A stretch of DNA of 64,000 nt from an uncultured Actinomycetes bacterium (lineage in GTDB: Bacteria > Actinomycetota > UBA4738 > HRBIN12): NCBI GenBank assembly GCA_963704725.1, contig OY969934.1, forward strand, positions 480,001 to 544,000. The letters run 5' to 3'. The stretch's first letter is position 1; the number at the start of each line of letters is the position of its first letter. Below, piece by piece: positions 55,935-64,000 of this stretch. The notes under the pieces were generated by a model. That model saw nothing but the letters and a program-made list of their open reading frames with translations. It searched no databases and was not told the DNA's origin. The position numbers and the translations under genes were made by a program.

Positions 55935-56378
55935 GTGTCCGCCGCCCGTGAGGCGGAGGAGACCCCGACCAGGCTGCTGGTCCTGGCCTCGCTCCTGTGC
56001 GCCTACCCCGGGATCGACTCGACCGGGCAGGCGCACATGGACTACCCGGCGAACACGTACGTGCTGCCGACGCCCGATCCGGTCATGTTCCCCGAGACCT
56101 TCTACCTGTACTGCTTCGATCACGGCGTCGACGGGATCCTGATCGCGTCCTGCGGGACCGACAGCCCCTACGAGGGCGCGTACGAGCAGCTCGCGGCCCG
56201 GATCGATCACGTGTACGTCCGGATGAAGGAGCGCGGGCTCGACGTCCGGCGGCTGAAGCTGACGGCGATCTGCAGCGTGTGCTCGAAGGCGTTCGTCAAG
56301 GAGGTCGGCGATCTCGCGGCGCTCGTCGCCGAGCTCGGCCCGGCATGCGACGAGATGCGGGAGGCGGTGCCGGCGTGA
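55935..56378 (+). CDS. mvhD: MvhD-like hydrogenase iron-sulfur delta subunit (atypical Cys pattern)
   Basis: CAYPGIDSTGQAHMDYP, GVDGILIASC, RRLKLTAICSVC. Confidence 0.75.
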   Translation: MSAAREAEETPTRLLVLASLLCAYPGIDSTGQAHMDYPANTYVLPTPDPVMFPETFYLYCFDHGVDGILIASCGTDSPYEGAYEQLAARIDHVYVRMKERGLDVRRLKLTAICSVCSKAFVKEVGDLAALVAELGPACDEMREAVPA

Positions 56379-57700
56379 GCGACGGCTCGCCGAGGCGGAT
56401 CGAGACCGACGTCCTCGTGATCGGCGCGGGCATCGCCGGCCTCCAGGCCTCCCTCGACCTGGCCGACCAGGGCCACGGTGTCCTGCTCGTCGAGCGCGAG
56501 GCGAGCATCGGGGGCCGGATGATCGCGCTGTCCAAGGTCTTCCCGACCATGGACTGCTCGAGCTGTATCACCACGCCGAAGATGTCGGCGGCGGCCCACC
56601 ACGAGGGCGTGGCCACGCTCACGTACACCGACGTCGAATCGCTCGAGCCGGCGGGAGACGGGTTCGACGCCACGCTCGTCCGCCGGCCGCGGTACGTGGA
56701 CGAGGACGCGTGCATCGGCTGCCGCCTGTGCGAGTACGCCTGCCCGGTCGACGTGCCGCACGAGTTCGACGGCCAGCTGGGGGCGCGGCGCGCCATCTAC
56801 ATCCCGTTCGGCACGGCGATCCCGCAGAAGGCGGTCGTCGACCTGCCGAACTGCATCCTTTGCGGCAAGTGCGAGAAGGCGTGCCCCACGGACGCCCTCG
56901 ACTTCACGCAGGAGCCGGAGACCATCCTGGTGCACGCGTGCGCGGCGGTCCTCACCACGGGCTTCCGGCCCACGCCCACGGGCGCGAAGCGCGAGTACGG
57001 CGGGGGGGTCGCGGCGAACGTGATCTCCGGCCTCGACATGGAACGCTTGCTGTCGCCGAACGGCCCGTACGGCCGGGTGCTTCGCCCCTCGGACGGCAAG
57101 ATCCCCGAACGCATCGCCTACGTGCAGTGCGCGGGATCGCGGGACGAGACGCTCGGCGTCCCGTACTGCTCACGCGTGTGCTGCATGTACGCGATCAAGC
57201 AGTCGATGCTCCTGTCGGGCGCCCTGCCGCTGGCAGACATCACGATCTACTACATGGACATCCGCGCGTTCGGGAAGGGCTACGAGGAGTTCTTCCAGAC
57301 CGCGCGGGCCATGGGCATCGAGTTCGTCAAGGCCAAGGTGGCGCGGATCGAAGAGATCCCCGGCGGCGATCTCCGGCTCCGCGTCGAGCTGCAGGAGGAG
57401 GACGGCCGGATCGCCGACGCCGAGCACGACCTCGTGGTCCTCTCGGTCGGGATCCAGCCCTCGGGCGACGTCCGGCGGTTCGCGCCGGTGGCGACCGACG
57501 CCTACGGGTTCGTCCGCTCGCTCGATCCGGCGCTCGACGTGACGAGCACCGACGTGCCGGGCCTGTTCGCCGCCGGCACGGCCCTCGCCCCGAAGGACAT
57601 CGTCGACACGGTGGCCGAGGCGAGCGCGGTGGCGGTCCGGGTCTCGGGGTACCTGCGAAGAGCGGAGTCGAGGCCGCTCGTGGGGGCGTCCCATGCCTGA
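56375..57700 (+). CDS. hdrA: HdrA/Qmo-family flavoprotein with an inserted 2x[4Fe-4S] ferredoxin
   Basis: GAGIAG, KVFPTMDCSSC, CIGCRLCEYACP, CILCGKCEKACP, QCAGSRD..YCSRVCCMYAIKQ, YMDIRAFG, PKDI. Confidence 0.9.
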   Translation: MSDGSPRRIETDVLVIGAGIAGLQASLDLADQGHGVLLVEREASIGGRMIALSKVFPTMDCSSCITTPKMSAAAHHEGVATLTYTDVESLEPAGDGFDATLVRRPRYVDEDACIGCRLCEYACPVDVPHEFDGQLGARRAIYIPFGTAIPQKAVVDLPNCILCGKCEKACPTDALDFTQEPETILVHACAAVLTTGFRPTPTGAKREYGGGVAANVISGLDMERLLSPNGPYGRVLRPSDGKIPERIAYVQCAGSRDETLGVPYCSRVCCMYAIKQSMLLSGALPLADITIYYMDIRAFGKGYEEFFQTARAMGIEFVKAKVARIEEIPGGDLRLRVELQEEDGRIADAEHDLVVLSVGIQPSGDVRRFAPVATDAYGFVRSLDPALDVTSTDVPGLFAAGTALAPKDIVDTVAEASAVAVRVSGYLRRAESRPLVGASHA

Positions 57701-59534
57701 GTGCCGGATCGGCGTCTACGTCTGTCACTGCGGCGGCAACATCAGCGACGTCGTCGACGTGCAGGCCGTGGCGGACCGTGCCGGCGCGGACGACGAGGTG
57801 GTCGTGGCCCGGCACCTCCCGTTCATGTGCTCCGACGAGGGCCAGTCCTCGATCGAGAAGGACGTCGAGGAGCTCGGGCTCGACCGGGTCGTGGTCGCCG
57901 CCTGCACCCCGAGCCTGCACGAGACGACGTTCCGCCGCGCGGTGTCCCGAGCCGGGCTGAACCCGTACCTGTACCAGCACGCCAACATCCGCGAGCAGGT
58001 GAGCTGGGCGCACGTCCACGACCACGCCGCCGCGACGGACAAGGCCGATCGCATCGTGCGGGCCGCCGTGGCCAAGGCATCGGCGCTCCGCGCCCTGGAC
58101 CGCGTGCGGGTCGCGGCCGTGCATCGCGCCCTGGTGGTCGGCGGCGGCGTGGCGGGGCTCCGGGCCGCGATCGACGTCGCGAGTCGGGGCATGGAGGTCG
58201 TCCTCGTCGAGCGCAGCGCGACGCTCGGCGGGCACGCGCTCCGGCTCGGCCGCGCCTATCCGACCGACGAGCCCGGGCGGGACCTGGTCGCGAGGCTCGT
58301 CGAGGCGATCCGGGCCGAACCGCTGATCGACGTCCGGCTCACCACCGAGGTCGTCGGGGTGAGCGGGTACGTGGGCGACTTCCGCGTCGAGGTGCGATCG
58401 GTCGATCCGAGCCGCAACGGGGACGCGAGGACCGAGGAGGTCGAGGTCGGGGCGATCGTGCTCGCGACCGGGTTCCGTGACTACGAGCCGGCCGAGGGGG
58501 AGTACGGAACGGGGTCCCCGCGCGTCATGACGCTGGCCGCCTACCAGGAGCGCCTGTTCTCCTGCCCCGCGGACGCCGATCTCGGGGCGGTGCTCGGGCT
58601 CGAAGGACCGGTACGCTCGGTCGCCTTCCTCCACTGCGTGGGCAGCCGGCAGGTCGCCGGCGTCGACGAGGTCACGGGAGAGCTCAACGCGTACTGCTCG
58701 CGCGTGTGCTGCACGGCCACGGTCCGGGCGGCGGCCGGGACACGCCGCCGCTTCCCCGGCGTCCGGGTGGTCGACGTCTACCGGGACATCCGGACCTACG
58801 CGCGCGACCAGGAGGCGGCGTACCGGGAGGCCGGCGAGGCCGGGGTCCTGTTCGTGCGGCTCCCCTCGGACGAACGCGCCCGGGTCGAGGCCGCCCCCGG
58901 GGACGATGTCTATCCACTGGTGGTCCGGGCCCGCGACACGCTCACGTTCGGGGCGGAGCTGGAGGTGCCCGTCGACCTCGTCGTGCTGGCCACGGCCATG
59001 GAGCCCGGTGGAGCGGAGCAGCTCGTCGCGATGACCAAGGCGCCCATCGGCGCCGACGGGTTCCTGTTGGAGGTCCACCCCAAGCTCCGCCCGGTCGAGA
59101 GCGCGATCCCAGGGATCCTGCTCGCCGGGACGGCCCGCGGCCCGATGGACATCACCGAGAGCACGACCTCGGCCTCGGCGGCCGCGGCCAAGGTGGCGAC
59201 GCTCCTGGCGCGCGATCACGTCGAGATGGAGCCGTTCGTGGCGCGGGTCGACCCGTCCCGGTGCACGGGTAGCGGGTCGTGCGTTCCGGCGTGTCACTAC
59301 GCCGGCGCGATCGGGCTCCAGGAGGTCGAGCTCGAGGACGGCGTCGTCGCGAAGCGGGCCTACGTGAACCCGGTCGCGTGCAAGGGCTGCGGCGCGTGCG
59401 TGGCGGCGTGCCCGAACGGCGCGATCGACGTCCAGGGATGGGAGATCGGGCAGTACCTCGCCATGGTCGACGCGATCACGAGCGAGCCGCCTGTCGTTCC
59501 GGCGAACGAGGTGGCGGAGGCGGTGACGGCATGA
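57693..59534 (+). CDS. hdrA: HdrA/Qmo-family flavoprotein with N-terminal domain and C-terminal ferredoxin
   Basis: IGVYVCHCGGNI, AACTP..HE, NIREQ, GGGVAG, HCVGSR..YCSRVCC, HPKLRPVE, CKGCGACVAACP. Confidence 0.9.
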   Translation: MPECRIGVYVCHCGGNISDVVDVQAVADRAGADDEVVVARHLPFMCSDEGQSSIEKDVEELGLDRVVVAACTPSLHETTFRRAVSRAGLNPYLYQHANIREQVSWAHVHDHAAATDKADRIVRAAVAKASALRALDRVRVAAVHRALVVGGGVAGLRAAIDVASRGMEVVLVERSATLGGHALRLGRAYPTDEPGRDLVARLVEAIRAEPLIDVRLTTEVVGVSGYVGDFRVEVRSVDPSRNGDARTEEVEVGAIVLATGFRDYEPAEGEYGTGSPRVMTLAAYQERLFSCPADADLGAVLGLEGPVRSVAFLHCVGSRQVAGVDEVTGELNAYCSRVCCTATVRAAAGTRRRFPGVRVVDVYRDIRTYARDQEAAYREAGEAGVLFVRLPSDERARVEAAPGDDVYPLVVRARDTLTFGAELEVPVDLVVLATAMEPGGAEQLVAMTKAPIGADGFLLEVHPKLRPVESAIPGILLAGTARGPMDITESTTSASAAAAKVATLLARDHVEMEPFVARVDPSRCTGSGSCVPACHYAGAIGLQEVELEDGVVAKRAYVNPVACKGCGACVAACPNGAIDVQGWEIGQYLAMVDAITSEPPVVPANEVAEAVTA

Positions 59535-59854
59535 CGGGGCCCGAGACCGAGGTCGAGGCGACCGAGCCCAAGAAGAAGCCCGGCACGATCGGGGCGTACA
59601 AGCAGCGCCACGGACCGGCCTCGCCGGAGCTGCTCGAGCGGGTCCGCGTGCAGAACCACGTGAAGGCCGCGGTGCGCCGCGCGCTCGCCGCCGGCCCGCT
59701 CACGCCGCCGGAGGTCGCCGCGGCCGCGGAGATCTCGCCTCGGGAGGCGCTGTGGACCCTCATCGCGATGCGCAAGTACGGCGTCGTCGTCGAGAACGGA
59801 CAGGAGGGCGACTACGTTCGGTACGCGCTCTCCGGAAAGGACCCGCGCGCATGA
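59531..59854 (+). CDS. Small winged-helix-like protein
   Basis: ATGA overlaps at both ends; GPLTPPEVAAAAEIS...LIAMRKYG.V.E..Y. Confidence 0.7.
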   Translation: MTGPETEVEATEPKKKPGTIGAYKQRHGPASPELLERVRVQNHVKAAVRRALAAGPLTPPEVAAAAEISPREALWTLIAMRKYGVVVENGQEGDYVRYALSGKDPRA

Positions 59855-61059
59855 GCGTGGCCGTGGAGGAGCAGCGAGCGCCGGCCGTCAGGATCGGCGA
59901 GAGCCTGATCCCCGAGCTCGAGCGATTCGGGGCCGTCGATGTCTCGGCGTGCTTCAACTGCGGGACCTGCTCGGCCGTGTGTCCCATCGCCGAGGACGAC
60001 GGGGCGTTCCCGCGCCGGATCATCCGCTTCGCGCAGCTCGGCATGCGAGACCAGCTCCTGGCGAGCCACGAGCTCTGGACCTGCTACGGCTGCGCCGAGT
60101 GCACGGAGTCGTGTCCGCGGCAGGCGGATCCCGCCGGGTTCATGGGGGCCGCCCGCAGCTACGCGATCGCGAGCTACGACCGGACCGGCCTCGCCCGGCG
60201 CCTCGCGACCTCCGTCCCGTTCGCGGGCATCTTCATCGGGCTCCTCGTCCTGGTCCTGGCGTCGTTCATGTATACGGCGCATCAGCCGGTGCACGGCTCC
60301 GAGCTCGCCTTCTTCGAGTACGTCCCCGCCTCGTACATCCACGAATTCGGGCTCGTCGTGTTCGGGCTGTTCGGCGTCGCAACCGTCGCAGGCCTCGTGC
60401 AGATGATCCGTCACGTGACCGGGCCGGCGCGCCGGGACGACGCCCCGGACCCGGCCGGCGCCGGCATGGTCGAGGCGGTGCGCTACTCGGTGGTCCAGGA
60501 GTCGCTCGGCCAGCGGCGCTTCCGCGAGGAATGCGCCGACGATCCCGAGGCGTCGGCCCGGCCCTGGTACCTGCGGCGTTGGTTCGTGCACGCCGCGACC
60601 ATGTGGGGCTTCCTCGGCCTTCTCGGGGCCACGCTCGCCGACTTCGCCCTCGAGCTCACGGGCGTGAAGCCGACCGGGACGCAGGTGCCGGTCTGGTATC
60701 CGGTCCGGCTGCTCGGGACCCTCGCCGGCCTGCTTCTCGTGTATGGGACGACGATGATGATCCTCCGCCGGGCCCGCGGTACCGACCGGTCGTCCGCGAG
60801 GTCCACGGTGTGGGACTGGTCGTTCCTGTGGATGCTGTGGGTCGCCGGCCTGTCCGGGTTCGCCCTGGAGCTGGCGCTCTACCTTCCGAGGGCTCCCTCG
60901 TGGGGATACACGACCTTCCTGCTCCACGTCGGCGTGGCGATGGCGCTGGTCCTGCTGGCGCCATTCAGCAAGTTCGCGCACGCGATCTACCGGCCGGTCG
61001 CGCTCGCGGTCTTCCGTCTGCGCGGGGGCGGCCGCTCGCGCGACTCCGCGACCCGCTGA
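59851..61059 (+). CDS. qmoC: QmoC-like membrane subunit (HdrC-like 2x[4Fe-4S] + NarI/HdrE-like heme b domain)
   Basis: CFNCGTCSAVCP, FPRRIIR, WTCYGCAECTESCP, about 6 TMs with His (YIHEFG, WFVHA, LLHVG, SKFAH). Confidence 0.8.
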   Translation: MSVAVEEQRAPAVRIGESLIPELERFGAVDVSACFNCGTCSAVCPIAEDDGAFPRRIIRFAQLGMRDQLLASHELWTCYGCAECTESCPRQADPAGFMGAARSYAIASYDRTGLARRLATSVPFAGIFIGLLVLVLASFMYTAHQPVHGSELAFFEYVPASYIHEFGLVVFGLFGVATVAGLVQMIRHVTGPARRDDAPDPAGAGMVEAVRYSVVQESLGQRRFREECADDPEASARPWYLRRWFVHAATMWGFLGLLGATLADFALELTGVKPTGTQVPVWYPVRLLGTLAGLLLVYGTTMMILRRARGTDRSSARSTVWDWSFLWMLWVAGLSGFALELALYLPRAPSWGYTTFLLHVGVAMALVLLAPFSKFAHAIYRPVALAVFRLRGGGRSRDSATR

Positions 61060-61063
61060 TCCG

Positions 61064-61630
61064 TCACCCGGCCGGCCGCTCGAGCCCATCGAGCGAGCGG
61101 ACCAGGAGCCGCAAGAGCTGCACCCGCTCGCTGGGGGTGAGCGCGCCGAAGAGCTCGGCGTTGGCACGCTCGCTCACCCTCGCTCGCGCGCGCAGCGCGC
61201 GCCGACCGTCCTTCGTCAGATCCAGCGCGTAGCGGCGCCGGTCGCGCTGGTCGCGCCGGCGCTCGACGAAGCCGGCCGCCTCGAGCCAGTCGACGAACGC
61301 GACCAGGTCGCTCGGGTCGAAGCGGAGCCGCTCGCTGGTCTCTCGCTGGCTGGACACTCCGAACTCCTCGAGGCAGGCGAGGATCGCGAAGTGCGGGAAG
61401 CGCATCTGCTCCGCGGGATCCGCGGCCTCGGCGATGCGTTGCTGTCCGAGTCGGAACGCCTGGCGCATCAGCAGGAACATGACGGCGCTCGGGTACCGCA
61501 GCAGGCTCGCCGGGTACTCGAGGGGCGACTCGCCGGGCGAGGCCATCCGCAGGCCCTTGATCGCGCGACGGCGCATCCTCGGGCCCGGACCGACCGCCGA
61601 CTCCGGCGGGGTGGCGGGGTTGACACGCAT
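61064..61630 (-). CDS. MarR family transcriptional regulator
   Basis: FAILACL..SQRETS..LE..GFVERRRDQRDRRRYALDLT..G; start may be further downstream. Confidence 0.88.
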   Translation of the reverse strand: MRVNPATPPESAVGPGPRMRRRAIKGLRMASPGESPLEYPASLLRYPSAVMFLLMRQAFRLGQQRIAEAADPAEQMRFPHFAILACLEEFGVSSQRETSERLRFDPSDLVAFVDWLEAAGFVERRRDQRDRRRYALDLTKDGRRALRARARVSERANAELFGALTPSERVQLLRLLVRSLDGLERPAG

Positions 61631-61665
61631 GGGAACCCATCCTTATCGTGGGTGATACCCATGAT
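61620..61665 (+). promoter_or_regulatory. Promoter for the ABC exporter with overlapping palindromes (probable MarR operator)
   Basis: TTGACA (61620), 18 nt, TATCGT (61644); palindromes ATGGGAACCCAT (61629-61640) and ATCGTGGGT-GAT-ACCCATGAT (61645-61665). Confidence 0.65.
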
Positions 61666-62707
61666 TTACCACGATCAAGGTTCCGGCGCCACCGCGGAGG
61701 GTCCCGAACCGGGCGCCGAAGCCGCCGCCGGTGGCGAGCCCGTGATCTCGGTCCGGGGGCTGGAGAAGCGATTCGGCGAGCTGGTCGCGGTGGCCGGCGT
61801 CGACTTCGAGGTCTACCGGGGCGAGACGTTCGGGTTCCTCGGCCCCAACGGCGCCGGCAAGACGACGACGATCAACATGCTCTGCACGCTCGCGACGCCC
61901 ACCGCCGGCGCCGCGACCGTGGCCGGGTTCGACGTCCTGCGCGAGCGGGACGAGGTCCGGCGGAGCATCGGGCTCGTGTTCCAGGACACGACGCTCGACT
62001 CCTACCTTACGGCCGAGCGGAACCTGCGCTTCCACGCCGAGCTCTACGGCGTCCCCCGCGCCGAGATCGAGCCGCGGCTGAAGCAGGTCATGGAGATCGT
62101 CGGGCTGTGGGACCGGCGGGGAAGCAAGGTCATGGAGTACTCGGGCGGCATGATGCGCCGGCTCGAGATCGCGCGCGGGCTGCTGCACTACCCGCGCGTG
62201 CTGTTCCTCGACGAGCCCACGATCGGCCTGGACCCGCAGACGCGGTCGCACATCTGGACCTACATCTCGGACCTGAAGAAGCGCGAGGACATCACGATCT
62301 TCCTGACCACGCACTACATGGACGAGGCGGAGAACTGCGACCGCATCGCGATCATCGACAACGGCAGGATCGTGGCGCTCGAGACGCCCGAGGCGCTGAA
62401 GGCGAGCATCGGCAAGGATCGGGTCCAGATCCAGACCCCGGACGACGAGGCGACGATCGCCGCGCTCCGCGACCGGTTCGGGCTCGAGGCCGGCGTGCAC
62501 GAGGACGCCGTCACCTTCTCGGTGGAGTCGGGCGAGCAGTTCGTCCCGCGCCTGTTCGCCGAGCTCGGGATCCCCATCCAGGCCGTGCGGGTGTCCCGGC
62601 CCACCCTGGACGACGTGTTCATGTCGTACACGGGCAAGACGATCCGCGACGCGGAAGGGGAGAACCCGCTCCGGGCCATGGTCAAGGCGTTCCGAAGGAG
62701 GCGGTGA
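61661..62707 (+). CDS. DrrA-type ABC exporter ATP-binding protein
   Basis: [56 protein letters not shown]. Confidence 0.92.
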   Translation: MIYHDQGSGATAEGPEPGAEAAAGGEPVISVRGLEKRFGELVAVAGVDFEVYRGETFGFLGPNGAGKTTTINMLCTLATPTAGAATVAGFDVLRERDEVRRSIGLVFQDTTLDSYLTAERNLRFHAELYGVPRAEIEPRLKQVMEIVGLWDRRGSKVMEYSGGMMRRLEIARGLLHYPRVLFLDEPTIGLDPQTRSHIWTYISDLKKREDITIFLTTHYMDEAENCDRIAIIDNGRIVALETPEALKASIGKDRVQIQTPDDEATIAALRDRFGLEAGVHEDAVTFSVESGEQFVPRLFAELGIPIQAVRVSRPTLDDVFMSYTGKTIRDAEGENPLRAMVKAFRRRR

Positions 62708-63594
62708 GGGTGGCCACGGAGACCGCGCGGCGACCGGAGCCGATCGCCTCCGAGGGCCCGGTCCGGGCCGCCCGCCGGGGCCTCGCGCACGAGTTCCGGG
62801 GAGCCAAGATCGTGTGGCACCGCGAGATGATCCGGTTCTGGGAGGACCGCTCGCGGCTGGTGGTGTCGCTCCTTCAGCCGGTGCTCTTCCTGTTCGTCCT
62901 TGGCACCGGCCTGTCGTCGCTGGTCTCCGGAGGGACCGGTGGGCTGTCCCTGCGCACGTTCCTGTTCCCCGGCGTGCTGGCGATGTCCACGATGTTCACG
63001 GCCATGTTCTCCGCCGCCTCCCTGGTCTGGGATCGCGAGTTCGGGTTCCTGCGCGAGATGCTCGTGGCGCCGGTGGGGCGCGGCGCGATCGTGGTCGGCA
63101 AGGCGCTGGGCGGTGCGACGGTGGCCACGGTGCCCGGGGTCGTCATGCTCGCGTTCGCCGGCGCCGTTGGGGTGCCCTACGACCCGGTGTTGTTCGTGAC
63201 CCTGGTCGTCGAGCTGCTCCTGCTTTCGTTCGTCCTGACCACGGTGGGTATCGCGGTGGCCGGTCGTATCAAGCAGATCCAGTCGTTCATGGCGCTCACC
63301 CAGATGTTCCTGATGCCGATGCTGTTCCTGTCGGGTGCCATGTTCCCGCTGTCGAACCTGCCGGGCTGGCTCCACGTGCTGACCCGGATCAACCCGCTCA
63401 CGTACGCCGTGGACCCGATGCGCCGGGCGGTGTTCTCGCACCTCGACGTCTCCGCCGCCGTCCGGGACACCCTGAGCCCCGGCGTGACCTGGGGGTCCAA
63501 GGTCGTGCCCGTCGGCCTCGAGCTGCTGCTCGTCCTGCTGATGGGGGTCGGCCTGCTCGCCGTCGGCATCGCCGAGTTCCGCCGCGCGGAGTAG
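62704..63594 (+). CDS. DrrB-type ABC-2 exporter permease
   Basis: [51 protein letters not shown]. Confidence 0.92.
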   Translation: MRVATETARRPEPIASEGPVRAARRGLAHEFRGAKIVWHREMIRFWEDRSRLVVSLLQPVLFLFVLGTGLSSLVSGGTGGLSLRTFLFPGVLAMSTMFTAMFSAASLVWDREFGFLREMLVAPVGRGAIVVGKALGGATVATVPGVVMLAFAGAVGVPYDPVLFVTLVVELLLLSFVLTTVGIAVAGRIKQIQSFMALTQMFLMPMLFLSGAMFPLSNLPGWLHVLTRINPLTYAVDPMRRAVFSHLDVSAAVRDTLSPGVTWGSKVVPVGLELLLVLLMGVGLLAVGIAEFRRAE

Positions 63595-63674
63595 GGCACC
63601 CCTCGCCGCCGGGACAAGGTCGGGCCGATCGGGCGGTATCCTCCCGGCAAACCCTCGCACAAGGACGGGATCCC

Positions 63675-64000
63675 ACGCGCTTCGGACACTTCGACGACGA
63701 CGAGCGCGAGTACGTCGTCTCGCAGCCGGATACACCGCTCCCTTGGATCAACTACCTGGGGAGCGAGGAGTTCTTCGGCATCATCTCCAACACCGCGGGC
63801 GGCTACGCCTTCTACCGAGACGCCCGGCTGCGCAGGCTGACGAGGTTCCGGTACAACGCGCCGGGCGACGGGGGTGGGCGATACCTGTACGTGCGGGACG
63901 ATGAGACCGGGGACTACTGGTCGCCGTCGTGGCAGCCCACGCAGAGTGACCTCGAGGACTACCGGTGCCGGCACGGGCTCGGCTACACGGTGATCGGCTC
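63675..64000 (+). CDS. Partial GH94 glycoside phosphorylase (cellobiose/chitobiose phosphorylase-like), N-terminus; ACG at the expected start
   Basis: (T)[85 protein letters not shown]; absent from the ORF track. Confidence 0.88.

Noticed and set aside
55237-61059. Calling this cluster dissimilatory sulfate reduction, sHdr sulfur oxidation or methanogen-type Hdr
   Set aside because: No aprAB, sat, dsrAB, hdrB, lipoate-binding protein or hydrogenase genes are present in the window
63621-63636. CGGGCCGATCGGGCGG as another OsdR-like box
   Set aside because: The right half-site is broken, there is only one site, and a sugar phosphorylase is an unlikely target; probably chance

Overview
A very GC-rich, gene-dense window that looks actinobacterial (inferred from leaderless promoters, a WS/DGAT gene, and CsnR- and OsdR/DosR-like operators). 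About 60 genes are supported; I see no tRNA, rRNA, CRISPR array or mobile element. Four blocks stand out. (1) 5.9-20.6 kb: a znuACB-zur zinc uptake operon, a DUF318/TIGR03943 permease pair, and four paralogous alkaline-phosphatase-superfamily proteins that appear circularly permuted relative to PafA. Three are tandem lipoproteins with intact metal ligands and one is a divergently encoded pseudoenzyme. They are followed by a 1126-aa GT-C-like/MFS fusion protein. (2) 40.4-52.9 kb: an expanded csnR-EFG-H-K chitosan-oligosaccharide/glucosamine catabolic cluster with two CsnR-type operators. (3) 54.6-61.1 kb: hemerythrin-dsrE-tusA-mvhD-hdrA-hdrA-wHTH-qmoC-like genes, a Qmo-like flavin/FeS/heme complex coupled to sulfur carriers, with no aprAB or hdrB nearby and an OsdR/DosR-like box upstream. 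(4) Scattered oddities: a MoaD-beta-propeller fusion, a cupredoxin-beta-helix-PLDc_N protein, a phytase-PKD protein, and probable non-canonical start codons (ATA, ACG). All family assignments come from motif recognition by eye; no searches were run.
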